A stretch of 64,000 nucleotides of DNA. Origin: Verrucomicrobiota bacterium (lineage in GTDB: Bacteria > Verrucomicrobiota > Verrucomicrobiia > Verrucomicrobiales > DEV007). The notes below the pieces were generated by a model. That model ran no database searches and was not told the DNA's origin. It saw nothing but the letters and a program-made list of their open reading frames with translations. A program made the translations under genes and the position numbers. The stretch is from contig JASFYY010000095.1 of the NCBI GenBank assembly GCA_045046875.1, forward strand, positions 1 to 64,000, in the 5' to 3' direction. Positions 10,866 to 20,059 of the stretch are shown in pieces. Each line of letters opens with the position of its first letter. Position 1 is the first letter of the stretch.

Positions 10866-13456
10866 ATAGGATTTCTCTTGTCCTCACCGTGACGGCTTTT
10901 GCTGTGCTCGGCACGGTGGCTCGTGCCGCTGACGACGCCTACACGCCTGGCGATCCCGTTCGCGGAAACTTCAAAAATTTCGCCCAAGGTTTCCTGGATA
11001 ATAACTGCCTGGAGTGTCACGACGACGACACCACCAAAGGCGATCTCTCACTGCTCGAGCTCGGGCCGGTGGACGAAACCAATGCCGCCATCTGGAAGTC
11101 GATTTGGGCCCAGGTCGCACTAGAGGAAATGCCACCCAAGAAAAAAGCTCAGCCGGAAGTCATCGAGCGCTTGCGTTTCTCCGACTGGGTCGTCGGCGAG
11201 CTGCAGCGCGTGATGAAGAACAAGGGTGGTTTTCAAGCCAACCTCGATCCCCAGAAAGGCAACTTCATCTCCCATGACCTGCTCTTCGGCCCCTTGCCCG
11301 AAGGCATCGAACTTGCGCCGACATCTTCACCGGCGCGCATCTGGCGAGTGACGCCCCAGGAGCACATCACGCGGCTCAACGAACTGATCAATACCGAACC
11401 CGATTTCGACCCGAAAAAACCGGGGGTGCGCACCCACGGCGATGTGGTTCCCACCAATCACGGCGGCGAGCTCAAGCTCTACTTCGGCACCGATCGGATC
11501 ATCCGTTGGGAGGGAGGAACGGTGGCGTATGCTACCGCGGTCAAGAGCGTGCCCGTGGTCCTTTCCTCGGCTCGCAAACACGGTTTTGAAAATTACCCTG
11601 ATTTTTACAGCGTCAATAGCTCCGAGGCGACACAGATTATGGGTATGGCGGAGGACATCCTTGAATACATGGCCTACGGCCCGCTCAGCCTCGTCGGCTT
11701 TCCGGAACAGATCACCGACGACCCGAAAACCTACGACAGAATCAAGCCAAAAGGAGATCTTCGCGGAACGCCCATCGCCATCGTCTACAACACAAAAGTC
11801 GTTCGCCCGCTGACCCCGCTCCACGATCTGATGAAGGATCCCGGCGTCTCGGATGAACGCCTGCTTGCCGCCGTGGACTACCTCTTTGAAGCCCTGACCT
11901 TCCGCCCTCCGTCCAAGGAGGAATCCGACGATTACCTGCAGATCGTCAAGAACTCGATCGAGAAGGTCGGCAAAAAAGACGGCGTCTTCATGGGCCTCTC
12001 GGCGATTTTCCTGGATCGCGATGCTCTCTTCCGAACGGAACTGACCACAGGTTCCAAAGCCGACCAACACGGTCGAGTCATGCTCCAGGACTGGGAGCTG
12101 GGTCTAGCGGTGAATCACGCGCTGCGCTATATCAAACCCGACCAGCAACTCCATCAGGCGATCACCGAAGGCCGCATGCGCACCCGTGAGGACGTGGAAC
12201 GCGAGGTCACCCGCATGCTTGAAGACGACAGCATCCGCAAGCCACGCATCCTACGCTTCTTCCGCGATTTCTTTGATCACGATCTTGGCGGCTACATCTG
12301 CAAGGACAGTAAGGCACTCGGCGAATCCGGCGCCAATACCAGAGGCACTTCCCATTACCGGGCGATGTTCGATGCAACCGCGAGCACGGACCGCCTCATC
12401 GAGCTGATCCTCGAGCAAGACAAGGACGTGTTCAAGCAGCTGCTGACCACCCGGCAGGTCGTGGCTACCAAAAACGACAATATCTATTTCGGCAGAAAAC
12501 ACCTCAAGGAGGAAAAAATCGCTGCGCTGGCCGCCAGAAAAGTGGCCGAGAAAGAGGCCGCCAAGAAGGGGGCCGCTAAACTCGAAGCCCTGGAGGCTAA
12601 GATAGTCGACCTTGAGACCAAGCTGAAAAATCAACCCGGGGACAAGGCGATCAAAAAATCACGGGATCGACAGAAAAAGGCACTGACCGCAGCAAAAAAA
12701 CAAATCGGAATCAAGAAGAAGGAGATACAAAGCCGCAACGTACTGGTCGCCCCAGCCAACCTGACAGGCGAGAATATCTACGCCCGAGTCAGCCGCCGGT
12801 CCTTCGGTAGAGGCTCCATGAAACCCGACCGCATCCTCGCCACGGCCCCCGAGAATCAGCGCCTCGGCATCTTGACGCACCCCAGCTGGTTGGTCTCCCA
12901 CTCCGATGCCATGGACAACCACGCCATCCGGCGCGGTCGCTGGATCCGCGAACGTCTCCTTGGCGGCGGCATCCCCGATGTGCCTATCACCGTGGACGCC
13001 ATGCTTCCCGATGAACCAACTAACACCCTACGTAAGCGGATGCGGGTCACCAGGGAAAAATACTGCTGGACCTGTCATGAGAAAATGGATCCGCTAGGCC
13101 TGCCCTTCGAGATGTTCAACCACGCCGGTATCTTTCGAACCACCGAACTCAACCAAGCCGTGGACACCTCGGGTGAAATCATTGATTCCGGCGACCCTGC
13201 TCTGGACGGTCCGGTGGACAACGCTTTGGATTTGATCCGCAAACTTTCCGAGAGCAATCGTGTCGAGCAGGTTTTCGTCCGCCACGCCTTCCGCTTCTGG
13301 ATGGGCCGCAACGAAACGCTCAACGACGCCCCCGTCCTCCAAGCCGCCCACAAGGCCTATCGTGACAATGGCGGCAGCATGAAAGCCTTGATCACTTCAC
13401 TGATGACTTCCGATGCTTTTCTCTATCGCAAGGTTGAACCGCAAGCAGTAAAGTGA
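10862..13456 (+). CDS. DUF1592/DUF1588/DUF1585-type protein with two c-type heme motifs
   Basis: N-terminal CLECH...EEMPP (planctomycete cytochrome c); [42 protein letters not shown] overlap with DUF1552 gene. Confidence 0.88.
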   Translation: MNRISLVLTVTAFAVLGTVARAADDAYTPGDPVRGNFKNFAQGFLDNNCLECHDDDTTKGDLSLLELGPVDETNAAIWKSIWAQVALEEMPPKKKAQPEVIERLRFSDWVVGELQRVMKNKGGFQANLDPQKGNFISHDLLFGPLPEGIELAPTSSPARIWRVTPQEHITRLNELINTEPDFDPKKPGVRTHGDVVPTNHGGELKLYFGTDRIIRWEGGTVAYATAVKSVPVVLSSARKHGFENYPDFYSVNSSEATQIMGMAEDILEYMAYGPLSLVGFPEQITDDPKTYDRIKPKGDLRGTPIAIVYNTKVVRPLTPLHDLMKDPGVSDERLLAAVDYLFEALTFRPPSKEESDDYLQIVKNSIEKVGKKDGVFMGLSAIFLDRDALFRTELTTGSKADQHGRVMLQDWELGLAVNHALRYIKPDQQLHQAITEGRMRTREDVEREVTRMLEDDSIRKPRILRFFRDFFDHDLGGYICKDSKALGESGANTRGTSHYRAMFDATASTDRLIELILEQDKDVFKQLLTTRQVVATKNDNIYFGRKHLKEEKIAALAARKVAEKEAAKKGAAKLEALEAKIVDLETKLKNQPGDKAIKKSRDRQKKALTAAKKQIGIKKKEIQSRNVLVAPANLTGENIYARVSRRSFGRGSMKPDRILATAPENQRLGILTHPSWLVSHSDAMDNHAIRRGRWIRERLLGGGIPDVPITVDAMLPDEPTNTLRKRMRVTREKYCWTCHEKMDPLGLPFEMFNHAGIFRTTELNQAVDTSGEIIDSGDPALDGPVDNALDLIRKLSESNRVEQVFVRHAFRFWMGRNETLNDAPVLQAAHKAYRDNGGSMKALITSLMTSDAFLYRKVEPQAVK

Positions 13457-13562
13457 TTTGAGATCTACTCGCCGGTTAAGCTCAAAAACTCTTTCGCAAA
13501 TCTCCGCCCCATCTCCGCTTGAGCGGCGGCATCAGAATGCACCTGGTCACATTTGCCAGCGC

Positions 13563-15518
13563 CTATTTTACAAACTTCCACTGGCGGATCGATTTGTCGG
13601 AACCTTTCGGCGTGTACAGGATGGATTGAATTTCGACGGACGATTCGATGGCGGGTAGATAGAGACGAATGAGTTGAGAGGAACCTTTGATAGGGAGATC
13701 GACGGTGATATCGTTCCACTGCTTGCCCGGAGGAAGGTTAAAGGGCTTGCTCTGGCTTCCATCGGAGGGGAAATTTTTCTGGGCGGCGGTCTTCCAGCTC
13801 ACTTTTCCGGAGCCGCCTTTTGCTGAACGGGCTCGAAGGGTGAGAGTGAGAGGGCCTTTGTGTTTGATCTGGGCAGTGCCAAGGAAGGGATTCTTACCAT
13901 CCTCATTGACACGCAGCGCGCCGCCGATGAGCTCGGTCTTGCACCCCTTTGGCACAAGACCCGCGTCAAGGGCTCGGGCTGCTGCCGCCGCCTGCGGTGT
14001 ATAAGCGGGATTGGGAATGGGTGCGAGGGCGCCGGTATCGATAATGAATTGATCGATAAGAGCGTCAAGATCGGCAACTTTGTCGGGCATTTTTCCGGCA
14101 AGGTTATTGGTCTCGCCGATGTCTTTCTTCAGGTTGTAAAGTTCGCGGACTTCAGGGTAGTTGGGATGGGGTTCGAAACGGCGGATGAGTTTCCAATCGC
14201 CGGAACGCACCGAGACAGCGGGGATAATGTGAGGGAACCAAGTAAATAGTGCTTCGCGTTCAAAGGTGCCGCTTTGTTTAAGGACAGGGAGGAAGGAGAG
14301 GCCGTCGATGATATGCTCACTTGGCGATTCAATCTCGAGGGCGTCGAGAACCGTTGGGTAAATATCAATAGGGCCGACAATGGCGTCGGTGACGGAACCT
14401 GCTTCAATTTTCTTTGGCCAGCGGATGATGAGAGGAACTCGCTGACCGCCTTCGTAGATACGGGCCTTGCCTTCGCGAAGCGGGGCATTGTTGGTAGGAC
14501 CCTGAGGACCGGCCCATCTGCGCCATTCTTTCAAGGCTTTGTATTTCGGGTGACCGGGCTTGATCTTTGCGATCTTGTGATCGTCGATAGCATTGCTGTG
14601 GACATTGCCTCCATTGTCGGAGTAAAAGATGAAAAGAGTGTCGTCAGTGAGATCGAGATCATCAAGAGTATCGAGAACGCGACCAAGACTCTCGTCAACA
14701 CTTTTGAGCATCGAGGCCATGATGGGATTGCGTTGTTTGCCACGTGGATCCGTCTTTTTCGCAAATTCTTTGGTGTATTCTTCTTTGTGCCCCCAGGGCC
14801 CATGGACGCCATACTGCCAGAGATTGAGATAGAAAGGTTCGTCTTTATGCGATTTGATAAACTTGATGGCCTCGTCGGTGAGACGGTCGGTGATGTATTC
14901 GCCGGGAGGGCCGTCGGTAATGTTGCCGACTTTGTTCTTGCCGGTGGGACGGCCTTCGGTGACGACACCGTAAGGAGAGAAATAACTTGGGGGACCGGGA
15001 TCGGGAGCGCAATGCCAGGTAGTTTCGAAACCCTGCTTATCAGGGCGGTGGGGAGCAGTGAGACCAAGGTGCCATTTGCCAAAATGGCCAGTCCGGTATC
15101 CGGCGTCGCGGAGGACCTCGGCGAGGTTAATAATCCCAGGGTCGAGGTAGGTCTTGGAATTGGCGTAGATGAGCGGTCTGTTGGGTGCCGCTTTCTCGGG
15201 ATAGGGAGAGGCATTCTCTTCAGCGGGCGCCTTGTGTCCCGTAGCACTCGTGACACCATGACGAGAGGTGTATTGGCCGGAGAGAATGGAAGCTCGTGCT
15301 GGTGAACAGAGCGGGACGGCGTAGGCGTCAGTGAATAACATGGACTGGGTCGCGAGGCGCTCCATGTTAGGGGTCTCGTAGTATTGGCTGCCGTATGCGG
15401 AACTGTCCATCCACCCCATGTCGTCGACGAGAAAAAGGATGATGTTGGGTTGGTTTTTCGCCCAGCCGAGGTCGAGGGTTACGACCATCAATAACAAAAT
15501 GACGACAAATTTTTTCAT
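13563..15518 (-). CDS. Cys-type sulfatase with extra C-terminal beta-sandwich-like domain
   Basis: PNIILFLVDDMG, CSPAR, GKWHLG, SDNGG, YEGGQRVP; about 140 aa extension after a Pro/Ala linker. Confidence 0.92.
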   Translation of the reverse strand: MKKFVVILLLMVVTLDLGWAKNQPNIILFLVDDMGWMDSSAYGSQYYETPNMERLATQSMLFTDAYAVPLCSPARASILSGQYTSRHGVTSATGHKAPAEENASPYPEKAAPNRPLIYANSKTYLDPGIINLAEVLRDAGYRTGHFGKWHLGLTAPHRPDKQGFETTWHCAPDPGPPSYFSPYGVVTEGRPTGKNKVGNITDGPPGEYITDRLTDEAIKFIKSHKDEPFYLNLWQYGVHGPWGHKEEYTKEFAKKTDPRGKQRNPIMASMLKSVDESLGRVLDTLDDLDLTDDTLFIFYSDNGGNVHSNAIDDHKIAKIKPGHPKYKALKEWRRWAGPQGPTNNAPLREGKARIYEGGQRVPLIIRWPKKIEAGSVTDAIVGPIDIYPTVLDALEIESPSEHIIDGLSFLPVLKQSGTFEREALFTWFPHIIPAVSVRSGDWKLIRRFEPHPNYPEVRELYNLKKDIGETNNLAGKMPDKVADLDALIDQFIIDTGALAPIPNPAYTPQAAAAARALDAGLVPKGCKTELIGGALRVNEDGKNPFLGTAQIKHKGPLTLTLRARSAKGGSGKVSWKTAAQKNFPSDGSQSKPFNLPPGKQWNDITVDLPIKGSSQLIRLYLPAIESSVEIQSILYTPKGSDKSIRQWKFVK

Positions 15519-15613
15519 CAATTATATTAAGTAATGGATGAGGCCACACAAATACGGATATGCGTGAGGCAATTGTTTATCTAACAGTCCGCAAACGGCG
15601 CACTACACCTATC

Positions 15614-16321
15614 CTACCTTCGCCAGATCCTGACCTCGTCCACGTCGACTTTGGCAGGCACCAGCAAGCGGATGAGAGTTTTGCTTTCATGAGCAAATCC
15701 AGGTGAGGCAAACGAAGCGATCAGCTGACCGTTAATCCGGCAACTGACTTTATCTCCTTCGACAGTGGCGTGAACTTGATACCATTTTCCCAACTCCAAT
15801 TTGTGTGTGAAGGTTTTATTCTTCTTAGCCAACTCTACTTTCTGTTCATCCGAGAGTGATTGATTGCTTCTGGCTGCCCGCAATTCATTATTCATCACGC
15901 CCGTCTTCAGATCGCTCAAGCTAACGGCGGAAGGGCTAATCGTGACATTAAACAGATGCCCGGCATGCACGCTCTTTTCTCCCAGGTCCGTAAAATTCAA
16001 CTTGATCGAATCCTTCTCATTCTCAAAACGAAGCTTCAATCCGATAGTGCCGTCTTTGAATGCAAAAGCATGCCTGACGGAGGTGGCATGATTCGCCTCT
16101 GCGTGAGTATAGATATGCATATAACCATCGCGCAGATCGACCTCCTTATGACCCTTTGCCGTTCTTTCACTGCTCGTGGTCCATTCATTGCCAGGTTCAT
16201 CCTTGAGTTCTTGAGATTCCGACCGATCAAAATCGTCGTGGAAAATCAAGGTGCCTAAGTCTTCCTGCGCCAGGACATGAGGTGTCACCATCATCAATGC
16301 AATGATCGCCAGTTTTTTCAT
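15614..16321 (-). CDS. Secreted hypothetical protein, concanavalin-A/DUF1080-like fold
   Basis: Signal peptide MKKLAIIALMM...; DDF-W, GHL, WYQVH, VDEVRIW pattern shared with 19342-19962 and 31388-32158. Confidence 0.65.
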   Translation of the reverse strand: MKKLAIIALMMVTPHVLAQEDLGTLIFHDDFDRSESQELKDEPGNEWTTSSERTAKGHKEVDLRDGYMHIYTHAEANHATSVRHAFAFKDGTIGLKLRFENEKDSIKLNFTDLGEKSVHAGHLFNVTISPSAVSLSDLKTGVMNNELRAARSNQSLSDEQKVELAKKNKTFTHKLELGKWYQVHATVEGDKVSCRINGQLIASFASPGFAHESKTLIRLLVPAKVDVDEVRIWRR

Positions 16322-16331
16322 ATCTGATGAA

Positions 16332-16925
16332 TTATTTATTACTCTTCGCTTTCTTAAGTCCCGGCACCTTGGTGGCATCATAAGTGGAACCTTTGGCGAC
16401 TTGAACAATAGTGACGCGGATCTTGGTAGGGAAAAACTTTGTCAGATCAGGTTGTAAATGAGCATGGGCTTTGCCACCTGCTTTGGCCCGCTTGATGACC
16501 AGCGACATCTGCTTGATTCCCTGCGTCCAGATGATCGAATCATTCTCCCAGAATTCGGTCATCTTCTGATCTTTTTCAAAGATGCCCGTCTTGTTATAAT
16601 TCGGTGAACTCAAACAGCCATAATTGTTATTCTGCCCCTTGTTTGGAATGTAACAAAGGCTCCACATGGTAGGCACATCACCCGCAGGTTTTTCGAGCAC
16701 TTCGATCCGAATATGGGCGGTGCCATTGCGGTAATCAATCGGCGAGGTCCAGTCCTTGGGTGTGTTTTTGCCAAATTGTTCTGCTTTGACGTGAAGATGC
16801 GACTTGGTCGGAACCGCGTCTTTTTCTTCGAAGGTGAACACTTCATCAAACAGCACAAACTGCTCTGCACGAACTGAACCGAGTAGCGAGGAAACAAAAA
16901 ACAAAGCAACGATCAATAACTTCAT
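16332..16925 (-). CDS. Secreted hypothetical protein (intact paralog of 18716-19294)
   Basis: Signal peptide then AEQFVLFD...PKDWTSPIDYRNGT. Confidence 0.75.
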   Translation of the reverse strand: MKLLIVALFFVSSLLGSVRAEQFVLFDEVFTFEEKDAVPTKSHLHVKAEQFGKNTPKDWTSPIDYRNGTAHIRIEVLEKPAGDVPTMWSLCYIPNKGQNNNYGCLSSPNYNKTGIFEKDQKMTEFWENDSIIWTQGIKQMSLVIKRAKAGGKAHAHLQPDLTKFFPTKIRVTIVQVAKGSTYDATKVPGLKKAKSNK

Positions 16926-17028
16926 AACGAAGATAATACTATGGCATCAATTGAAAATATTGCCATACCCTAGATCTAGCCGAGCGCCTTTCTCCTCAAC
17001 CCTTCAACTGTTCAGCTCTTAAATTCAT

Positions 17029-17186
17029 AACCACTGATTTCACCGATAAACACTGATACGGAAGAAAAAAATAAGCCCAGAACAACCATACAAACTAGCG
17101 CCGTGTTATTGTGCTTCTCAATTAAAAAGCGTCGTATAATGCGACTCAACTCTTAAATCAGTGTTCATCAGTGCCTATCAGTGGTT
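17029..17186. repeat. Inverted triple-nonamer repeat element, copy C
   Basis: Left AACCACTGAT-TTCACCGAT-AAACACTGAT (17029-17057); right ATCAGTGTTC-ATCAGTGCCT-ATCAGTGGTT (17157-17186). Confidence 0.85.
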
Positions 17187-17231
17187 CAAACTTTCTTCCC
17201 CCTGAACCCCGCCGCCAGAAAGAGATTTAAA

Positions 17232-17275
17232 TAGAGCCTGTCCCACTGGGGCGGAGCCCCGTGGGACAGGCTCTA
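17232..17275. repeat. Perfect 15-bp inverted repeat hairpin (REP-like or tiny MITE)
   Basis: TAGAGCCTGTCCCAC t GGGGC gga GCCCC GTGGGACAGGCTCTA. Confidence 0.85.
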
Positions 17276-17551
17276 GCTACCCGCAGGGGCTGATGGTCGA
17301 GTGAAAGCGGCTGCCGTCATCATGTGGCGGAGATCACGATGCTAGGAGCAGGTAAGTGGCAAACCGTAACCCTCCGAAGCTGCAGATTTCAAAGATGCCG
17401 CAGACGCACTCCTTGCTGACTGGAACCTTTTGAAGGAATTACGTCTTTTGCCGACGGAGCATCTCAAATCAGATGGACGTAAAAACTCAACTAGACGTCT
17501 AAACGGCCCGATTACTTTCCCCCCTCCCTGCCCTCTTGCCCGTCATAAGCT
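17276..17551 (+). ncRNA. Putative structured ncRNA / non-autonomous IS110-like remnant
   Basis: Nested stems GCGGCT/AGCTGC, AGATGC/GCATCT, AGACG/CGTCT, TCCTT/AAGGA; motif order resembles, from recollection only, non-coding left ends of IS110 elements; no transposase follows. Confidence 0.45.
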
Positions 17552-17602
17552 TGGAGAAGGATATTTGAAAAGTAACAGCCCTGGACTTGCCTCGATCACC
17601 AG

Positions 17603-18529
17603 CTAGAATTGCCACGCAAGAAGCCGGCTTATCTTTTTCCCTTGGCTCATCGGAATCTCGCGCATCTGAGTAACACCGCACTGAGTCATCACATTTTTCA
17701 AGACCCTCAGATTCTCTCCCTTCGAGACCAAACTAGTGAACCACTCTACTTGCGTGGCAAATTTCACACTCTCTCGTATCATCTTTGTGATAAACGCGAC
17801 TTCGCCACCGGGGCACCAGAGTTCCGCCTTCTGTCCACCGAAGTTTAGTGGAGCGGTCCCTTTTGCGACCTTCCCTTTATTTAAGTTTCGGATTTTACGC
17901 TGACTGCCTGCCTGCGCCGCCTCAGGTGAAGTGTGGAACGGCGGATTACACAACGTCAGGTCAAAATGATCGCCCTTATGGATGATGTTTTCGAATATTG
18001 ATCCTGGCTTCTTCTGTTCCACGACTTTCACCAAATTATTCAAACACGGGTTTGATTCGACGATCAAACGAGCCGCCTTCACCGAGACAGGATCGATATC
18101 CGTTGCATCAAACTTCCAGCCATAGCTCTGACTCCCAATAATGGGATAAATACAATTCGCACCCGTGCCAATATCGAGCACTCGAACACCCCTCCCTTTT
18201 GGCACTTCCCCTGAGTTTGATTCAGCCAAAAGGTCTGCAGCATAGTGAATGGTGTCCGCCCGCCCGGGAATCGGCGGGCATAAGTAACCGGCCGGAATCA
18301 CCCAATGTTTCACCTTATAAGTATGAGCCAATATTGCTTGATTCAAGCACAACACTGCTGCCGGATTGCTAAAGTCGATGGTTGGATCACCCGATGGATT
18401 GAGCCTCACATAAGCGCTCAATTCAGGAACGACTTCAACCAGTGCAGGCAAATCATAGCGGCCTTGATGTGGGTTGCGCGGGTGCAACAAGCCGGTCGGC
18501 CGTGTATTTTGTTTAGAGCGAGGCATCAT
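17603..18529 (-). CDS. rlmF: 23S rRNA (adenine1618-N6)-methyltransferase
   Basis: LHPRN-H, YLCPPIPGRAD, LDIGTGANCIYP, CNPPF, NFGGQ-ELWCPGGE motifs. Confidence 0.95.
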   Translation of the reverse strand: MMPRSKQNTRPTGLLHPRNPHQGRYDLPALVEVVPELSAYVRLNPSGDPTIDFSNPAAVLCLNQAILAHTYKVKHWVIPAGYLCPPIPGRADTIHYAADLLAESNSGEVPKGRGVRVLDIGTGANCIYPIIGSQSYGWKFDATDIDPVSVKAARLIVESNPCLNNLVKVVEQKKPGSIFENIIHKGDHFDLTLCNPPFHTSPEAAQAGSQRKIRNLNKGKVAKGTAPLNFGGQKAELWCPGGEVAFITKMIRESVKFATQVEWFTSLVSKGENLRVLKNVMTQCGVTQMREIPMSQGKKISRLLAWQF

Positions 18530-18715
18530 CTGTAGGTTTTAAATTCAAACAAACAACACATCGATCACTGTGCGTATATCCTACGCTAAAAACCGCTAGA
18601 AATTTGCTTCCCCTCCTCCTTACCCTCTTACCCACCATCATTATAGCGATACCTTACCCTGAGATATCAATGCGCCATTCATAGATGTCTAGATAGCCGA
18701 ATAACTATTTACTTC

Positions 18716-19294
18716 TCACTTTTTTAGTTCCGTCACCTTGGAAGCATCATAGGTCGAGCCTTTAGAGACTTGCACCAGAGTGAAACGAATTTTTGTAGGG
18801 AAAAACTTCTTCAGATCTGGCTGACGATGTGCGTGCGCCTTGCCTCCCGCATTTGCCAACTTGATCACCAACGCCATCTGCTTGATTCCCTCAGTCCATA
18901 CAATCGAATCATTTTCCCAGAACTCAGTCATCTTCTCATCCTTCTAAAAAATCCCCGCCTTGTTATAGGTCGGAGAACTTAGGCATCCATAGTTATTTTT
19001 TATTCCTTTGTTCGGAAGGTAACAAATGCTCCACATAGTCGGCAGATCACCCGCGGGTTTTTTTAATACTTCGATGCGAATATGAACCGTGCCATTGCGG
19101 TAGTCGATCGGCGAGGTCCAGTCTTTGGGTGTGCTTTTGCCAAAATTCTCCGCTTTGACAAAAAGATGAGACTTGGTCGGGATCGCATCTTTTTCTTCGA
19201 AGGTGAACTCCTCATCAAACAGCACAAACTGCTCCGCATGAACTGGAGCGTGCAAACTCAAAGATAAAAGCAGGGCGACTAGGTAGATTTTCAT
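18716..19294 (-). pseudogene. Paralog of 16332-16925 interrupted by one in-frame TAG
   Basis: ORFs 18944-19318 and 18716-18931 are in one frame; TAG at 18944-18946 aligns to Glu in GIFEKDQKM of the intact copy. Confidence 0.8.
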
Positions 19295-19341
19295 AATTGC
19301 TTGAGATCGGATATCCAATGCGTCAGAATTTCGGCTGATAT

Positions 19342-19962
19342 TCAGGGTTGGGTTTTGATTCCGCTGATTTTAAGATTGCGAATCTTGACGGACTTGCCGG
19401 CAGCAATCCAGCTACGTGATTTGGGCGTGGCGAGATAGGCGTGTTGAGCGTTCAGTTTATGGCCATCAAGATTGACCGCCATCTGCCCACCCTTCCACTC
19501 AACCCGTAAGTGATGCCATACCCTCGTTTTGGTCGTGACGGCAAGATGCGCTATGCTGTGCGACGGTTTCACTGAATCTTCGGCGATACTCAACCTCTTG
19601 GCGCTGATGATCACTCGTCCGACATGTTTGTTGGAATCACAACCAACGATGAATATGCCCGGACCGTCGAGCAAGAACTCGACTTCGATGACCGCATCCG
19701 AGAGGCCGACCAGATGATGCAGAACGGGGATGTGTTTTTCTGCGGGCAGATCAAGCACTTTGAGGACGCCGTCCTCCACAGTCCATTGCCCCTTGGCTAC
19801 ACGGAAACTTTTATCCAGGGGGGCCTTAAGGTCCGGTGAGGCGAGAAGCGGTAGCTCTTGATCATGCAGCAGAGATTTGGCCGGTCGGCCCAGAGAATCT
19901 GAAGCAAGACCCAGGGGCATCAAAAAAGAGAGCAAAATACAAGTCCGGATCAATGATTTCAT
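19342..19962 (-). CDS. Secreted hypothetical protein, concanavalin-A/DUF1080-like fold
   Basis: Start MKSLIRTCILLSFL; KGQWTVEDGVL, HVGRV, WHHLRVEW, IRNLKI. Confidence 0.65.
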   Translation of the reverse strand: MKSLIRTCILLSFLMPLGLASDSLGRPAKSLLHDQELPLLASPDLKAPLDKSFRVAKGQWTVEDGVLKVLDLPAEKHIPVLHHLVGLSDAVIEVEFLLDGPGIFIVGCDSNKHVGRVIISAKRLSIAEDSVKPSHSIAHLAVTTKTRVWHHLRVEWKGGQMAVNLDGHKLNAQHAYLATPKSRSWIAAGKSVKIRNLKISGIKTQP

Positions 19963-19997
19963 AAAGGTGATAACAACATGCCACTGTTTAGATAGGG

Positions 19998-20059
19998 CGC
20001 AATCATGCGATGCCGCCAGGTTTGACAGAGTGGAATTCACCTGAGTAATTGTCAGCATG
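19998..20059 (+). promoter_or_regulatory. Duplicated promoter segment, copy 2
   Basis: TTGACA at 20022-20027, CACCTGAGTAATTG, ATG at 20057; same 35-nt TTGACA-to-ATG distance as copy 1. Confidence 0.65.

Noticed and set aside
17290..17470. c-di-GMP-I riboswitch (GGCAAACC at about 17358)
   Set aside because: Lacks the following GAAA tetraloop stem and GACGCAAAGC segment, and no same-strand gene lies downstream
18944..18946. Pyrrolysine or genome-wide TAG recoding
   Set aside because: Aligned residue is Glu (one substitution from GAG), no pyl genes are seen, and TAG ends other genes normally (e.g. rlmF)
18663..19325. Short similarity GATATC(C)AATGCG-CA on both sides of the amber-containing paralog as a target-site duplication
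   Set aside because: Imperfect, about 15 bp, and cannot be distinguished from chance or shared promoter sequence
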